From: Malacoraja senta
Lineage: Eukaryota
Direction of reading: 5' to 3'
Length of the DNA: 64,000 nt
NCBI GenBank assembly: GCA_038087875.1
Contig: JAXLNO010000050.1
Location: 124,001-188,000 of the forward strand
Under the pieces are notes generated by a model, which had not been told where the DNA came from, ran no database searches, and was given only the letters and a program-made list of their open reading frames with translations. Made by a program: the position numbers and the translations under genes. Position 1 is the stretch's first letter. Each line of letters begins with the position of its first letter. Shown piece by piece: positions 62,791 through 64,000 of the stretch.

Positions 62791-64000
62791 GAGTATTTTC
62801 CATGTGGCAGGTGACATCCCAATTCCCCCCCACGGATGTTTAAAGTATTATCGTACCGTAATACAGTAACTTAAATCAGCTGGAGTAAACTTGATGAACA
62901 ACCCACCAGACTGATGAGGTATCTTCTGTCTATGTTGCATGTGGGGATTCACTGTGAAATGTATTTAGCTAATGTTCAGCTCAACCATCCGAAATGTTTG
63001 GATAGTTTAGGTGAACAATGTTGATCGTGAGGCTAGATGTAGCAAGGACAGTCTCACTGCAGCCAAATCCCTAAATGATTGGAGACAATAGATTCAGTAT
63101 TAACTTTTTTAATTGAATTAGATTTGTACATGAAAATCAAATAATTTTGAGACGGCATGGAAAAGTGACGAGGTTGCTCATCTTTTTTTTGCATTGACAA
63201 CCGTTTTGGTCTTGGATTACCACAAACGTGGTTCTAAACTGTGGTGGATTAAGCATGAAATTACTAAAGGAACAACTCATTTTTGTTTTGCAGTGCATTC
63301 TCATAATGACTTCTTGCTTGCGATCTTCACGAGATGTCAGATTATGGTTTCAGCTCCAGGTAAATGAGATTTTAATACTTTCTACAAAAATACCCAATAC
63401 TTATCTGTTTTAGTGCTTCTCCTAACTCATGGTGTGTCTTTATCCCTCTGCTTATGGGATTTGGTCTTCTAATTGAGATGTGGCGAATTAAAATTCTCAT
63501 CGACCTTTTCAAATCGCTCCATGTCTTTGCTCTTCTCTATTCTTCAACCTTTACATTTATAACTCCTCCCATTCTGGCCGCCTCATTTTGCAGTGATCTT
63601 ATGTTTCTTACAAAATGATGCATGAACATTCACGACATTATTTAATAAAATGGAGGAAAGTTCTTCCGCCCTGCTCCTGTGCTCTTGGGTGGAGACTGAG
63701 AATGAGTGAATGATACAAGTGGTGCTGTTAGCTGATAGAACAGGGCAAAGGCTAGTGAATATCAATAAGTATATCTGGGAGATGTAACAAAGATCAGCCT
63801 GAAGAATACAATACAATACAATTTTTTATTTGTCTGTTGGACAAATTTGTCATTTGGACCCCTTGAGGTCCAAACGAAATGTCGTTTCTGCAGCCATACA
63901 TTACAAAACGAAAAAAGACCCGAGACACAACACAATTTACACATACATCCATCACAGCGCTGTGATGGAAGGCAAAAAAACGTATCTTTCCACTGCACTT

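Larger units (their letters stand above)
59585..63431 (+). repeat. Direct segmental duplication, copy 2
   Basis: Colinear with 46548-49141 plus extra segments at ~60343-60550 and 61629-62638. Confidence 0.95.

Overview
This is eukaryotic, repeat-dense vertebrate DNA, most likely from a cartilaginous fish (skate, ray or shark), inferred from HE1-type V-SINEs and HER1/CR1-type LINE tails. No complete host gene is visible. 1-10.3 kb is a pyrimidine-only satellite punctuated by 17 copies of a ~55-bp core that is both a hairpin and a splice-site-flanked 28-nt cassette, and part of it recurs inverted at 24.7-25.8 kb. 13.7-24.3 kb is a decayed gamma/epsilon-like endogenous retrovirus (5' LTR, tRNA-Ser PBS, gag-UAG-pol) with an extra 2H-phosphoesterase-like domain between protease and RT, interrupted by a Harbinger transposon and an L2. 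25.8-35 kb is a Gypsy element with nested CR1 (uninterrupted ORF2) and Rex1 insertions. The remainder holds two DIRS elements, a 5'-inverted Penelope, a second Gypsy, a near-intact L1, SINEs, MITEs and a ~2.6/3.8-kb direct duplication. Small RNA-level signals include an HDV-like ribozyme fold at the 5' end of a 144-bp element, hammerhead-like motifs in Penelope termini, and a U_UUA_AAC slippery site at the end of CR1 ORF1. All assignments were made by eye without database searches, and boundaries lacking TSD or TIR support are approximate.
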